Shown: piece by piece, positions 26,498 through 36,024 of the stretch
How the letters are laid out: every line of letters starts with the position of its first letter
Position numbering within the stretch: position 1 is the first letter of the stretch
Assembly: GCA_965662845.1 (NCBI GenBank)
Contig: CBFIJD010000007.1
Coordinates: 1-64,000 of the forward strand
Length of the DNA stretch: 64,000 nucleotides
Source of the DNA: an uncultured bacterium
GTDB taxonomy: Bacteria; SAR324; NAC60-12
Direction: 5' to 3'
Made by a program: the position numbers and the translations under genes
The notes under the pieces: generated by a model
Seen by the model: the letters and a program-made list of their open reading frames with translations, nothing else
Databases searched by the model: none
What the model was told of the DNA's origin: nothing

Positions 26498-29260
26498 TCA
26501 GGAGGGGAGCACGTGCGAGGCCATCTCCTCGTGGCTCGTCACGACGCTGGCGATGGGCAAGCGAATCTCGAAGGTAGTGCCTTTGCCCACTTCGCTTTCA
26601 CAACGGATGGTGCCTTTGTGCTGCTTGAGAATGTTCAGGCTAATCGACATGCCTAAGCCGGTGCCTTTGCCCGGCGGCTTCGTTGTGAAGAACGACTCAA
26701 AAATCTTCTCTCGCACTTCTGGAGGAATCCCGCTGCCCGTATCGGCAAACTGGACGACGACCCCGTCTGCTTCCACAAAAGTCCGCACGGTCAATTTTCG
26801 CACAGAGCGCTCTTCCATTGCGTCGCGCGCGTTATTGCACAGGTTGGTGAAGACCTGTTCGAGCTGAATGTCGTTCCCCATCACCATGGGGAGTTCAGGG
26901 GTCAACTCACGCTGTAGCGCTGCGCTGATTTTTGTGAGTTGCGGCTCAATCAAGAGGAACGTGTTTTCCAGCAGCTGGTTGATGTTTTGCGGCTGGAGGT
27001 CGTTATTGTCACTGCGGCGACTGTAGTTACGCATGTGGTCGATAATTGCTGTGCAGCGCTGCACCATCAATTTGATGCGCTCGTAGGATTCCTCTGTGTT
27101 GACTTCCCGCCCCAGTTTGCTGGCCATCTCTAGATTGCTGAGCGTCATGTTGATCCCACCCAACGGCGATTTGAGTTCGTGCGCAATCCCAGAGGTCATC
27201 TCGCCGACCACCGCAAGTTTTGCCGACTGCACCAACATGTTCTGGGTGTCTTGCAGCTCTTGGAGCACGTTGCGGAGATCTAAGGTCACGCGGGCCAGCT
27301 GCAGGTGAGACTGAATCCGCGCGAGCAGCTCTTGACGCGAAAACGGCTTTGTTAAGTAGTCATTGGCGCCGCAGCGGAAGCCTTCCACGATGTCTTCAGG
27401 GCGGTCTTTGGCGGTCAGCAAAATCACGGGTAAGTCGGTGGCGTTGTGCGTTTTGCGAATGTGGCTACAGACTTCATAGCCCGACAGGTGGGGCATCATC
27501 ACGTCCAACAAAATCAGTTGCGGCTTTTGTCGCTCCAGCATCTCCAGCGCTTGCCTGCCGTCAATCGCTACCTGTATTCGATAGCCCTGCATGCTCAGCT
27601 GATTCTTCAGAACTTGGCGATTGACGGGCTCATCGTCGACCACGAGGATCGTGACATCCCCGACGTCACTGAGTTCCACAGCGATCGCCTCCTCTGCGTT
27701 GTCTGCGGCAGTGCTCTTTGTGGGGAGAGAGACCGGCGTAGAGGGCTGGGCCCAGCCCTCTTCTGACATCGCTGGGGGCCCCATCGCCTCCTCGACGAGC
27801 CCCACCCTGAGGTCGCTCTCTGTGGCCTCATGGGAAAAGGAGCGTGGCAACGTGAAGTAGAAGGAGGAGCCTTTGCCGACTTCTGACTCTACGCGCATGC
27901 TTCCCCCGTGAATTTCCACGAACTGCCGCGTTACGCTGAGCCCTAAGCCGGTGCCGCCGTACTGCCTCGACGTGGAGGCGTCTGCTTGCTGAAACTCTTC
28001 AAAAATCGACTCGAGCTTGTCGGCTGGGATGCCAATGCCGCTGTCATGCACGCCAAACTCAATCTCCTGCTCGTAAACGGTTGCGCTGAGCCGAACTTCG
28101 CCTTCTGCGGTGAACTTGACCGCGTTGCCCAACAAATTCAGTAAAATCTGCTGGATGCGGTTGTCGTCACCATCTACCAGCGGGAGCTCCTCGGGCAAGT
28201 CGTGACGCAGTGTCAGCTCTTTGCCTTCCAGCAGAGGGCGCAGCAGCGGCAGCACGGTGTTGGACAACTTACGCACATCGACGGGGCGGTGCGCGATCTC
28301 TAGGTTGCGATTCTGCAATTTGGAGAAGTCTAAGATGTCATTCACCAAGCTGGAGAGGCGCCGCCCGCTCGCGATGATCATCTGGAGGTTTTCTTTTGCT
28401 TCTGGTGTGACGGGGCCAGCCACGCCTGCGGTTAAGGATTCGGCGAGACCAATGATTCCATGCAGCGGTGTGCGCAATTCGTGAGAGGTGTTCGCCAAAA
28501 ACTGACTTTTGGCGGCGCTAGCGGCTTCCGCTTGTTCCTTCGCTTCTCGCAGCGCTTCTTGGGTTGCCCGCTCTTGGGCCTGCATCGCTTGAATGTTCTC
28601 GGCCATCTGGTTGAAAGCGCGCGCCGTGTCTTGAAGCTCGTCTTTCTTTTCAGAGACGGGAATGCGGTGCGACCAGTCGCCTTCGGCAATTTTACCGGAG
28701 GCGTCCTGCAATTTGGTGAGGTGACGGGTGAGATATATGCCGAACAGCAAGGAGATGGTCGCCGACAACAGCAGCTCGACGAAAGCGATCACTAAGGTTC
28801 GGTCTCGAGCTTGAAGAATGGCAGCTTCAATTTTGGTGGTTGAGAAGCCCATCTCTACCCGCACGAGGGGAACCGCGCTCTCGTAGACGGTAGACTCGGT
28901 GTCAAAGACGCTGTCGGTCAACTCATTGAAACTCAGGCCGATGTCGCTGGAGAACGGCTTTTCGAGGCGCTGCACGTCTCCGCCCTCGGCGAGGGTTTCT
29001 CCGTGCGCAATCACGCGCGCATACACGACGCCTTCGTTGCGCAACACATCTTGCACCGCGCTCTCGAGGGTTGCGAGGTCAAATGAGAGCGCGGCGTCTT
29101 TCGTCATATTGGCGAACAGCTGGGCTGCGGTCTGGCTGCTACGCACGAGCTCCTGCTCGTGGGATGTCCGCAGCGAGTATAGGCTGTTCCAAATCAGCAC
29201 AGACAGCGTCAGCGTCTCAATCAGCGCAATACCAAGGATCGTCTTCAGTCGAAAGGACAT
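26498..29260 (-). CDS. Membrane hybrid sensor kinase: periplasmic domain-HAMP-HisKA-HATPase-REC-HisKA-HATPase
   Basis: Two H-boxes (SHELRTPL, AHELKSPL), two complete N/G1/F/G2 sets, REC domain (VVDD, LLDVMMP, KPF). Confidence 0.92.
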   Translation of the reverse strand: MSFRLKTILGIALIETLTLSVLIWNSLYSLRTSHEQELVRSSQTAAQLFANMTKDAALSFDLATLESAVQDVLRNEGVVYARVIAHGETLAEGGDVQRLEKPFSSDIGLSFNELTDSVFDTESTVYESAVPLVRVEMGFSTTKIEAAILQARDRTLVIAFVELLLSATISLLFGIYLTRHLTKLQDASGKIAEGDWSHRIPVSEKKDELQDTARAFNQMAENIQAMQAQERATQEALREAKEQAEAASAAKSQFLANTSHELRTPLHGIIGLAESLTAGVAGPVTPEAKENLQMIIASGRRLSSLVNDILDFSKLQNRNLEIAHRPVDVRKLSNTVLPLLRPLLEGKELTLRHDLPEELPLVDGDDNRIQQILLNLLGNAVKFTAEGEVRLSATVYEQEIEFGVHDSGIGIPADKLESIFEEFQQADASTSRQYGGTGLGLSVTRQFVEIHGGSMRVESEVGKGSSFYFTLPRSFSHEATESDLRVGLVEEAMGPPAMSEEGWAQPSTPVSLPTKSTAADNAEEAIAVELSDVGDVTILVVDDEPVNRQVLKNQLSMQGYRIQVAIDGRQALEMLERQKPQLILLDVMMPHLSGYEVCSHIRKTHNATDLPVILLTAKDRPEDIVEGFRCGANDYLTKPFSRQELLARIQSHLQLARVTLDLRNVLQELQDTQNMLVQSAKLAVVGEMTSGIAHELKSPLGGINMTLSNLEMASKLGREVNTEESYERIKLMVQRCTAIIDHMRNYSRRSDNNDLQPQNINQLLENTFLLIEPQLTKISAALQRELTPELPMVMGNDIQLEQVFTNLCNNARDAMEERSVRKLTVRTFVEADGVVVQFADTGSGIPPEVREKIFESFFTTKPPGKGTGLGMSISLNILKQHKGTIRCESEVGKGTTFEIRLPIASVVTSHEEMASHVLPS

Positions 29261-29269
29261 GCGAGCAAT

Positions 29270-30100
29270 CTATTTGAGGTATTTATCAAGCAAAGTGATG
29301 TTTAGTGCACGGACATCGTCCCAGTCGCGATCTTCCGCAAAGCGCAGGCCCTTCCCAAAATTGACTGCCTGCAAGACTTCTTTGCCCTCCGTGCTTTGCA
29401 GCAAGTTCCGCATCGCTTGCTGCAGTTGAGCAACATGCGCAGCAGGGATCCCTGGGCGAGCTGCGAACGCGTGGGGGGTGAACTCGGCCGTTGTCCAGAA
29501 GACGCGCAAGTCTGCCTTCACATCCTCAGGCAGGTTGTTGAACGTGCGCAGAATGCCTCCTCCGGCAGGGAAGATCCCTTTGGCCACAGCGCGATAGACG
29601 GAGTCATGTGACGAGACATACTGGGGTGTGAAGTCAATCCCAGACTTGGTCAAGCTGGCCCGGGGCAACACACTCGCAGCGAAAGCCGCCGGCGACGGGA
29701 AGGCCAGTTTTTGGCCTTGCAGTTGCTCGATCGCCTCGACGCCCGCGTCTTTGCGCGTGACTAGAATCCCCTTGATCGTTTTGCCTTCTTCTCGGGCAAA
29801 GGCTCGATAGCCCGGCTTTTGGGAGAACACCACATAGTGATAGGGGTTCATATATGCAAAATCATATTGCTGATTGAACACACGGTCTTCAAACGTTGGA
29901 ATGTTTTTCGCGGTGCTAAACTGCAGTTTGAAATCGGTCTGCTTTTCTAGCGCTTGCAGAATTGGAATCCAGAGCTTGGCGAGTCGGCTCGCCGACTGTT
30001 GTGGCACAATACCAACCGTGTAAGTCGGCTGTTGCGCCCAAAGCGTCCCCGTGCTCCAGATGAGCAGAGATATTGCTAAATAAACCCATAGTTTTCGCAT
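29270..30100 (-). CDS. PhnD/phosphite-type periplasmic binding protein
   Basis: Signal peptide; GIVPQQ, DFAYMNPYHY, LAFPSPAAFAAS, SHDSVY. Confidence 0.8.
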   Translation of the reverse strand: MRKLWVYLAISLLIWSTGTLWAQQPTYTVGIVPQQSASRLAKLWIPILQALEKQTDFKLQFSTAKNIPTFEDRVFNQQYDFAYMNPYHYVVFSQKPGYRAFAREEGKTIKGILVTRKDAGVEAIEQLQGQKLAFPSPAAFAASVLPRASLTKSGIDFTPQYVSSHDSVYRAVAKGIFPAGGGILRTFNNLPEDVKADLRVFWTTAEFTPHAFAARPGIPAAHVAQLQQAMRNLLQSTEGKEVLQAVNFGKGLRFAEDRDWDDVRALNITLLDKYLK

Positions 30101-30186
30101 GTTGTTCTCCCGAAGAATGCAAAGTCAAAAAGGATTGAAACGCTAACGAAGAGATGCGGAAACCTCCAGTCTTCTTTTCGCGCTTT

Positions 30187-31191
30187 TCAAGGTGTGGGCG
30201 ATGGGAGTTCTTGCAGAAGTTGAGTGACTTCTGTGGGAGAGATCTCCTTCAAACAGCGATAGTGTCCAAAGCGGCAAGTCCGCGCAAAGCAAGGGGAGCA
30301 AGGCTCCTCTCGAGTGATCCAACGCGCGAGGGGATTGAGCGGCCGAGTCCATGTGGTCGAGGTCGAACCAAAAATGGCGACTTGGGGACGCTGCAAGGCG
30401 GCCATGATGTGCATGCTGCCAGAATCGTTACTGAGGAGCCACTGAGCCCGTGAAAGAATCGCGACCAGCTGCGGTAAGTTAGAGCGACCACACCAGTTGT
30501 GGGCTCCCTCCAAATTGGCCGCAATCGACTCCCCAAGCGCTTGGTCGGTTGGGGTGCCTAAAATGAGCAATTCTAATTGAGGGTTGGCCTCTCGCAGCAG
30601 CCTCACCGTCTCATGGAAAGCCTCCGCAGGCCACTGTTTCGCGGGGCCATAGATCGCTCCTGGAGCGAGCGCGGCAAAGGGCTCTGGCAACTCTGGGAGC
30701 GCCTGTAGGTGCTGCGCGCACCACTCTTCGGTCAGAAGAAGACGCGGGAAAATGGGAGAGGGCGGCGTTTGCTCTCCCAACAAATCCAGATATTCCTCCA
30801 CCAAATGACGCGAGCGCGGTTGCCAATCGCTCTGAAGAGCAGGGCGTAAGAGCGCTGAGCGCAGCTCGCCAGCATAGCCGATGCGCTCAGGGATTTGACT
30901 GCGCCATGCCATCCACGCCGACGAAAAGCTGGGAGGGAGCACATACATGCGGTCATAACCGCGCTCCCGCAGCTCAACTCCAAACCGCCCAGATTTCTGG
31001 CGAGCGCGGTTAAACGGTAAGATCTCTCCCCGATGTGGCAGAGGCAGGTTCTCAAATCCTTTTTTGACGATCAGATCCACCTGCGCCTTAGGGAACTGTT
31101 CGATGACCGCCTGACAGAACGCGGTCGCCATCATCAAATCTCCTAGCCAATTCGGGGTTCGGATGAGGATTTTTTCGGGTGGTTGCTTCAT
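30187..31191 (-). CDS. waaF: LPS heptosyltransferase II (GT9)
   Basis: PNWLGDLMM, APGAIYGPAKQWP, NDSGSMH, FGST, CSPCFARTC. Confidence 0.9.
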   Translation of the reverse strand: MKQPPEKILIRTPNWLGDLMMATAFCQAVIEQFPKAQVDLIVKKGFENLPLPHRGEILPFNRARQKSGRFGVELRERGYDRMYVLPPSFSSAWMAWRSQIPERIGYAGELRSALLRPALQSDWQPRSRHLVEEYLDLLGEQTPPSPIFPRLLLTEEWCAQHLQALPELPEPFAALAPGAIYGPAKQWPAEAFHETVRLLREANPQLELLILGTPTDQALGESIAANLEGAHNWCGRSNLPQLVAILSRAQWLLSNDSGSMHIMAALQRPQVAIFGSTSTTWTRPLNPLARWITREEPCSPCFARTCRFGHYRCLKEISPTEVTQLLQELPSPTP

Positions 31192-31286
31192 GGGGAGAGG
31201 GGGCAACAAAAAAAAGTGGGAATGCTCGACAAATTTAAATTTTCATATATTCTCATGTTCTTTTTTACTCATCACAGGAGGGCACA

Positions 31287-31472
31287 ATGGGGGAATGGGG
31301 AATTGTTGGTTTTCTCGTAGTTTGGTTTGTTTTGCAGCGCTGGATCCTTCCCAAAATGGGAGTTCCCACCTGAATGAGCCCAGATGCGTGTCGCGTGCCG
31401 ACACCAAAATCGGATGAAAAATCAGACCAGAAAGTCACAGAGGAAGGCGTCGAGGAGAAGAGAGAAGTGTGA
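31287..31472 (+). CDS. Putative small membrane selenoprotein (61 aa; Sec at TGA 31371-31373)
   Basis: RBS AGGAGG; MGEWGIVGFLVVWFVLQRWILPKMGVPT-U-MSPDACRVPTPKSDEKSDQKVTEEGVEEKREV; SECIS-like hairpin after the TGA. Confidence 0.7.
31374..31413 (+). promoter_or_regulatory. Bacterial SECIS-like element
   Basis: Stem GTGTCG/CGACAC (31388-31393/31399-31404) with loop CGTGC; loop G is 22 nt after the UGA; lower stem CC(A)GAT/ATCGG. Confidence 0.65.
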
Positions 31473-31507
31473 GTGTTGATAAGCTCACTTTGCCTAAAGG
31501 GAGCGTC

Positions 31508-32938
31508 TTACATCAGCGGTTCTGGAGCCAGCGTTCGCGCTCTGGGGTACTGCACGACCCATTGCGCAACCTGCTTCAGAAACGTGTCTACTTGCTGAGG
31601 AGCAGAGCCCAAGAAGCGGGACGAGTTGTTGAGCAGCGCTTGGAGCTCTTCTTCATTGAGAGGAATTTGTGGATCGGCGGCTAGTCGCTCAACCAGGTTG
31701 TTGTCGGTTCGTTGCCCAGCGCGCAGTTCATGGGAGACCTCAACGGCGTGATGTTTGATGCGCTCGTGCGCCGCTTCGCGTCCCGCCCCACGTTTGACGG
31801 CTTCCATCAAGATTGTCGTTGTCGCTAAAAACGGGAGCTGCTGCTGCACTTCTTGCCGAATCATCGACTCATAAAAGCCCATCTCGTCCAAGATCGTGAG
31901 CATGGTCTCAAGTTGCCCATCCATTGCCAAGAACGCTCCAGGAAGCGCGACTCTGCGCACTACAGAACAAGAGACATCTCCTTCGTTCCATTGGTCTCCG
32001 CTCAATCCCATCAGCATGTTGGCGAAGCCGTTCAGGATCTGATGCAGGCCATTGATCCGTTCTGCGTTGCGCGCGTTCATTTTGTGAGGCATCGCTGAAG
32101 ACCCCACCTGTCCTTGCTGAAATCCTTCGGTAAACAATCCTTGGCCCGCCATCAAACGGAGCGTTTTTGCCAAGCTGCTGACGCCAGAGCTTGCTCCAAA
32201 TAGAGCTTGCACGACTTCGGCGTCGAGGCTGCGTGGATAGATCTGACCCACTGCGTTCAGCTGAGCGGGGCAGTTCAAGAATTGCAGCACGCGACTGCTC
32301 AGTTGACGCACCTTCTCCGCGTCTTGTAGCAGCACGTGTTGGTCGAGCTGAGTGCCCACAGCTCCCTGCAGTCCCCGTACAGGATAGGAGTGACAGAGCG
32401 TGTCGAGACGACAGACCGCCTGTAGCATCTCCTCGCCGAACATGGCCAAGCGCTTGCCGACTGTCGTTGGCTGAGCTGGGACGTTGTGTGTCCGCCCGAC
32501 GAGCATCAAATCGCGAGTTTTCTCTGCCCATTGAGCCAAGCGATACAAGACGGCAATCAACTTCTCTTGCACCAACGCCAACGCCCGCAGCACTTGCATC
32601 TGCTCCACATTGTCCGTCAAATCACGGCTCGTCATTCCTTTGTGAATCTGTTCGAAGCCGGCGAGTTCACAAAACTCTTCAATGCGCGCTTTCACGTCGT
32701 GACGCAGCGTCCGCTCTCGTTCTGCGATGCGCTCTAAGTGAATTTGCCCGCGCACCTTCTCATACGCCTCAATCGCCTCATCAGGGATGTCAATGCCGAC
32801 CTCTTGCTGCGCTTTCATCACAGCAATCCAAAATTCGCGCTCCAGGCTAACCTTGCCGGCTGTTGACCACAAATCGCACATGGTGGAGCTGGCGTAACGC
32901 TGGGCTAAAACGTCTGGAAGAACGGCTTTGTTGGACAT
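31508..32938 (-). CDS. purB: Adenylosuccinate lyase
   Basis: RHDVKA, GRTHNVPAQPTTVGKR, signature GSSAMPHKMN. Confidence 0.95.
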   Translation of the reverse strand: MSNKAVLPDVLAQRYASSTMCDLWSTAGKVSLEREFWIAVMKAQQEVGIDIPDEAIEAYEKVRGQIHLERIAERERTLRHDVKARIEEFCELAGFEQIHKGMTSRDLTDNVEQMQVLRALALVQEKLIAVLYRLAQWAEKTRDLMLVGRTHNVPAQPTTVGKRLAMFGEEMLQAVCRLDTLCHSYPVRGLQGAVGTQLDQHVLLQDAEKVRQLSSRVLQFLNCPAQLNAVGQIYPRSLDAEVVQALFGASSGVSSLAKTLRLMAGQGLFTEGFQQGQVGSSAMPHKMNARNAERINGLHQILNGFANMLMGLSGDQWNEGDVSCSVVRRVALPGAFLAMDGQLETMLTILDEMGFYESMIRQEVQQQLPFLATTTILMEAVKRGAGREAAHERIKHHAVEVSHELRAGQRTDNNLVERLAADPQIPLNEEELQALLNNSSRFLGSAPQQVDTFLKQVAQWVVQYPRARTLAPEPLM

Positions 32939-32947
32939 AATTCCCTT

Positions 32948-33916
32948 TCAGAGTCCGACTTTTTGACGAACACGCGCGCGCACGGCGCTGGAGACGTGAC
33001 GGGCTTTGTCGCGGCCCGCTTCTAAGATTCCATCCAACTGGTCTGTCTGTGAGCGCAGGGCAAAGAACTGATCTCGCGCGGCACCTAATTGCTCTTCTAA
33101 CACTTCGAACAGTGCTTGCTTCGCTTCTCCATATCCCATTCCGCCTGCTTGGTAGCGCTCTGCCAGCTCTTGCTGTCGTTCTGCGGTCGCGAAGAGTTTG
33201 TAAAGCGAGAACACGTTGCAGGTGTCAGGATCTTTGACATCTTCGACGGTCTTAGAGTCCGTTTGCATCTTCATCACGGCTTTGCGCAGCTGCTTCGAGG
33301 AGGCGAACAGCGGGATCACGTTGTTGTAGGACTTGCTCATCTTTTGGCCGTCGAGTCCCGGAATCGTCGCGACCTCGTCTCCGATCAGCGCTTCTGGAAC
33401 AGTCAGAGTTTCGCCATAGATATGGTTGAAGCGCAGGGCGATGTCTCGGGTGATCTCAAGGTGCTGTTTTTGGTCTTTGCCCACCGGCACGAACTGCGCG
33501 TCATACATCAAGATGTCCGCGGCTTGGAGCACCGGGTAGCAAAACAGGCCAAGGCTGACATCCTGCTGTTTGGCTTGCGCATCTTTGTAGGCGTGAGCGC
33601 GCTCCAACAGGCCTTTCGACGCGACACAAGAGAGAATCCAGCACAGCTCGGTGACTTCGGGGACGTCGGACTGGCGAAAAAATGTATGCTGCTCGAAATC
33701 CATTCCCAACGCGGCAAAGATCGCGACTAGGTCGTGCGTGTGCTCGCGCAAGGACTCTGCGTCTCGGACGGTCGTTAAGGCGTGATAATCAGCAATGAAA
33801 TAGAAGGTGTCGTGCGTGCGTTGGAGTTCAAGGGCGGGACGAAGCGCCCCCAGATAGTTCCCGAGGTGAGGAGTTCCGGAGGGCTTAATGCCAGTTAAGG
33901 CGCGGGGGCGGGTCAT
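32948..33916 (-). CDS. trpS: Tryptophanyl-tRNA synthetase
   Basis: [38 protein letters not shown]. Confidence 0.97.
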   Translation of the reverse strand: MTRPRALTGIKPSGTPHLGNYLGALRPALELQRTHDTFYFIADYHALTTVRDAESLREHTHDLVAIFAALGMDFEQHTFFRQSDVPEVTELCWILSCVASKGLLERAHAYKDAQAKQQDVSLGLFCYPVLQAADILMYDAQFVPVGKDQKQHLEITRDIALRFNHIYGETLTVPEALIGDEVATIPGLDGQKMSKSYNNVIPLFASSKQLRKAVMKMQTDSKTVEDVKDPDTCNVFSLYKLFATAERQQELAERYQAGGMGYGEAKQALFEVLEEQLGAARDQFFALRSQTDQLDGILEAGRDKARHVSSAVRARVRQKVGL

Positions 33917-34209
33917 GCTTCAGTGGCAGCAGAGACTTCGTTGGTTGCCGTTTGGACGAGGGGCACAATGTTGATGAATTTGCGATTGTTGCGCTTTTTC
34001 GTGAATTGGACTGTGCCGTCGGTGAGCGCAAAGAGGGTGTAGTCTTTGCCTGTGCCCACGTTCTCACCTGCGTGGAAAGTGGATCCGACTTGTCGAACCA
34101 AGATGTTTCCGGCCTTTACTTCTTGACCCCCAAAGCGCTTGACGCCTCGGCGCTTGCCAATTGAATCTCGTCCGTTACGGCTGCTGCCGCCTGCTTTTTT
34201 GTGTGCCAT
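33913..34209 (-). CDS. rpmA: 50S ribosomal protein L27
   Basis: [16 protein letters not shown]. Confidence 0.98.
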   Translation of the reverse strand: MAHKKAGGSSRNGRDSIGKRRGVKRFGGQEVKAGNILVRQVGSTFHAGENVGTGKDYTLFALTDGTVQFTKKRNNRKFINIVPLVQTATNEVSAATEA

Positions 34210-34254
34210 TGCGGTTCCTGCGGATAGCGAATGATAGAAGTGGAGTGAACAGTC

Positions 34255-34569
34255 TCAGGCGTTGATCGCTGAGATTTTGACTAACGTATATGGCTGACGG
34301 TGCCCGTTCTTGCGGCGGTATCCTTTGCGGCGTTTGCGCTTGAAGACGATGACTTTTCGATCTTTCATGTGCTCCACAACTTCGCCCTGTACTTTCGCGC
34401 CTTCTACCACGGGAGTCCCGATGCGGGCTTCGCCCTGCTCATTCTCAAAAAATAGTACCTGATCCGTCTCAAACGCATCTCCTGGCTCCGCCTGCATGAG
34501 GTCTAGGCGGACGACTTCTCCTGGTACGACCCGGTGCTGCTTTCCGCCGGATTTGATAATTGCGTACAT
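34255..34569 (-). CDS. rplU: 50S ribosomal protein L21
   Basis: MYAIIKSGGKQHRV...GHRQPYT. Confidence 0.97.
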   Translation of the reverse strand: MYAIIKSGGKQHRVVPGEVVRLDLMQAEPGDAFETDQVLFFENEQGEARIGTPVVEGAKVQGEVVEHMKDRKVIVFKRKRRKGYRRKNGHRQPYTLVKISAINA

Positions 34570-34603
34570 TCTGTTCCTCAAAGAGAAAGTTCAAAAACTT
34601 TGC

Positions 34604-34632
34604 AAGATAAGACAGTTCCTTAGGGATGACAA
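34604..34632 (-). promoter_or_regulatory. Sigma70 promoter of rplU-rpmA-trpS-purB
   Basis: TTGTCA-N17-TATCTT on the minus strand, bracketed by a 10-bp inverted repeat CAAAGAGAAA/TTTCTCTTTG. Confidence 0.6.
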
Positions 34633-34648
34633 GCCTTTTTCTCTTTGG

Positions 34649-35938
34649 TTACTCGCTTGAAGCCCGCACATAGACAACTTGTCCGTCTCGCACATAGCTG
34701 ATGATCTGCGCAGACGCTTTTTTGAACAGCTCACCGGCCTCGAAGAAAACAACCTGAAACGGCAGCTCTTCTCCTTCGCGCAGGTCGCGGTTGATCTCGT
34801 TGCGGCCGTAGCGAGCTTTGTATTCCTCTTGAATGCTGCTCACGCTCCGCTCTGTCAGCTCTTGACGCGAGAGCACAACCCCCGCGTACACAATTTCGCT
34901 CTCCAGCATTTTTTGATTCTCATCAAACGCCAATCCTTTGAGCCGGATCGAGGAGAGATTGGCCGAGTCGGCAAAGTTGGAGCGTACGGTTCCCGTCATC
35001 ACATAAATCGCTTGCCTGCTGAAGCGGTTGCGGAGCTTTTCCACTTTGAGGGGCCCAACAAACTCGAACTGGTGCGACTGCACTCCAATCAGACGCGAGA
35101 GCAGGGGCGAGTCCACCATGTGCAGGTATCCTCCGGTCCATAAGATGAGCAGCACGCCCAAACTCGCGACGGTGCTCATCAGAGTCAGGCGCCCCCAAGG
35201 CACTCGCTCCTCTTCAAGCGGGCTTTCGACGGCAGGAGTAGAGGTCTTGTTCCTTGACCCCGCCGCTTCTGCTGCTCTGACCGCGGCGCTCTTTTGAGGA
35301 GGTGGGGGGGCTGCCACAGCTTCGGTCATTGGGTTGAGGGCTGGGGGTTCTGTTGGCAGCGTTTCATCTTCTTTGAGCAACCCCGACAAGTCGGCTTTCG
35401 TGCCAGTTTCAAGGGGCTCTGGTGGCGAGTCGTTCAATACCCTCTCGAAGAAGCCGAGGCTCTCCGGTTCGTTCGGCAGAGAGGTTGAGGCAGGCAGAGC
35501 CGGCTCTTCGATTGGAGCGTCTGCGGCGGCATCAAGGGGCTGATCTTCGAGAGAAGGCGGCTGCGGTGGCATCACAAATTCACCGTTTGTCGTGTCTTTT
35601 CCGGGGGGCAAGGGAACTCCCAGCAGGGAGCGGAGCTCGGCGAGTTCTTCAGCAGAGGCTGGTTCTTCTGAGACGTCTTCGGCTTCTGCTGTGGGCTCGT
35701 GCGCCCGAGTGGAGCGTTGCGCCTTCGGCAGCTCGGTTGATTGCTGATATGCGGCTTCGCCTTCGGGGGATGTCAAGGTCTCCAGTGATTCGGTGCGGAC
35801 ACTCGCCGCGCGGTACGAGACTCCCCCTGGCAGGGGAATCGCCTGTTGACAGTGCAGACACGCGATCGACGTTTGATCTGGCGATGGGTCAGGCTGCAAT
35901 TGATAGCGACGATGACAGTCTGGACACTGAATCAGCAT
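34649..35938 (-). CDS. Zinc-ribbon (MJ0042-type) protein with acidic Pro-rich linker, TM helix and DUF3426-like periplasmic domain
   Basis: MLIQCPDC...CLHC; one TM helix; C-terminal G.V.....LPFQVVF. Confidence 0.75.
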   Translation of the reverse strand: MLIQCPDCHRRYQLQPDPSPDQTSIACLHCQQAIPLPGGVSYRAASVRTESLETLTSPEGEAAYQQSTELPKAQRSTRAHEPTAEAEDVSEEPASAEELAELRSLLGVPLPPGKDTTNGEFVMPPQPPSLEDQPLDAAADAPIEEPALPASTSLPNEPESLGFFERVLNDSPPEPLETGTKADLSGLLKEDETLPTEPPALNPMTEAVAAPPPPQKSAAVRAAEAAGSRNKTSTPAVESPLEEERVPWGRLTLMSTVASLGVLLILWTGGYLHMVDSPLLSRLIGVQSHQFEFVGPLKVEKLRNRFSRQAIYVMTGTVRSNFADSANLSSIRLKGLAFDENQKMLESEIVYAGVVLSRQELTERSVSSIQEEYKARYGRNEINRDLREGEELPFQVVFFEAGELFKKASAQIISYVRDGQVVYVRASSE

Positions 35939-36024
35939 GGCAGGATTTCACAGAAGGGCTGAGGGCAACGCAAAGGTAGATGACGCTAACGAAGGTCAAC
36001 CAGAGATGCCAGTCTTTTCTTTGA

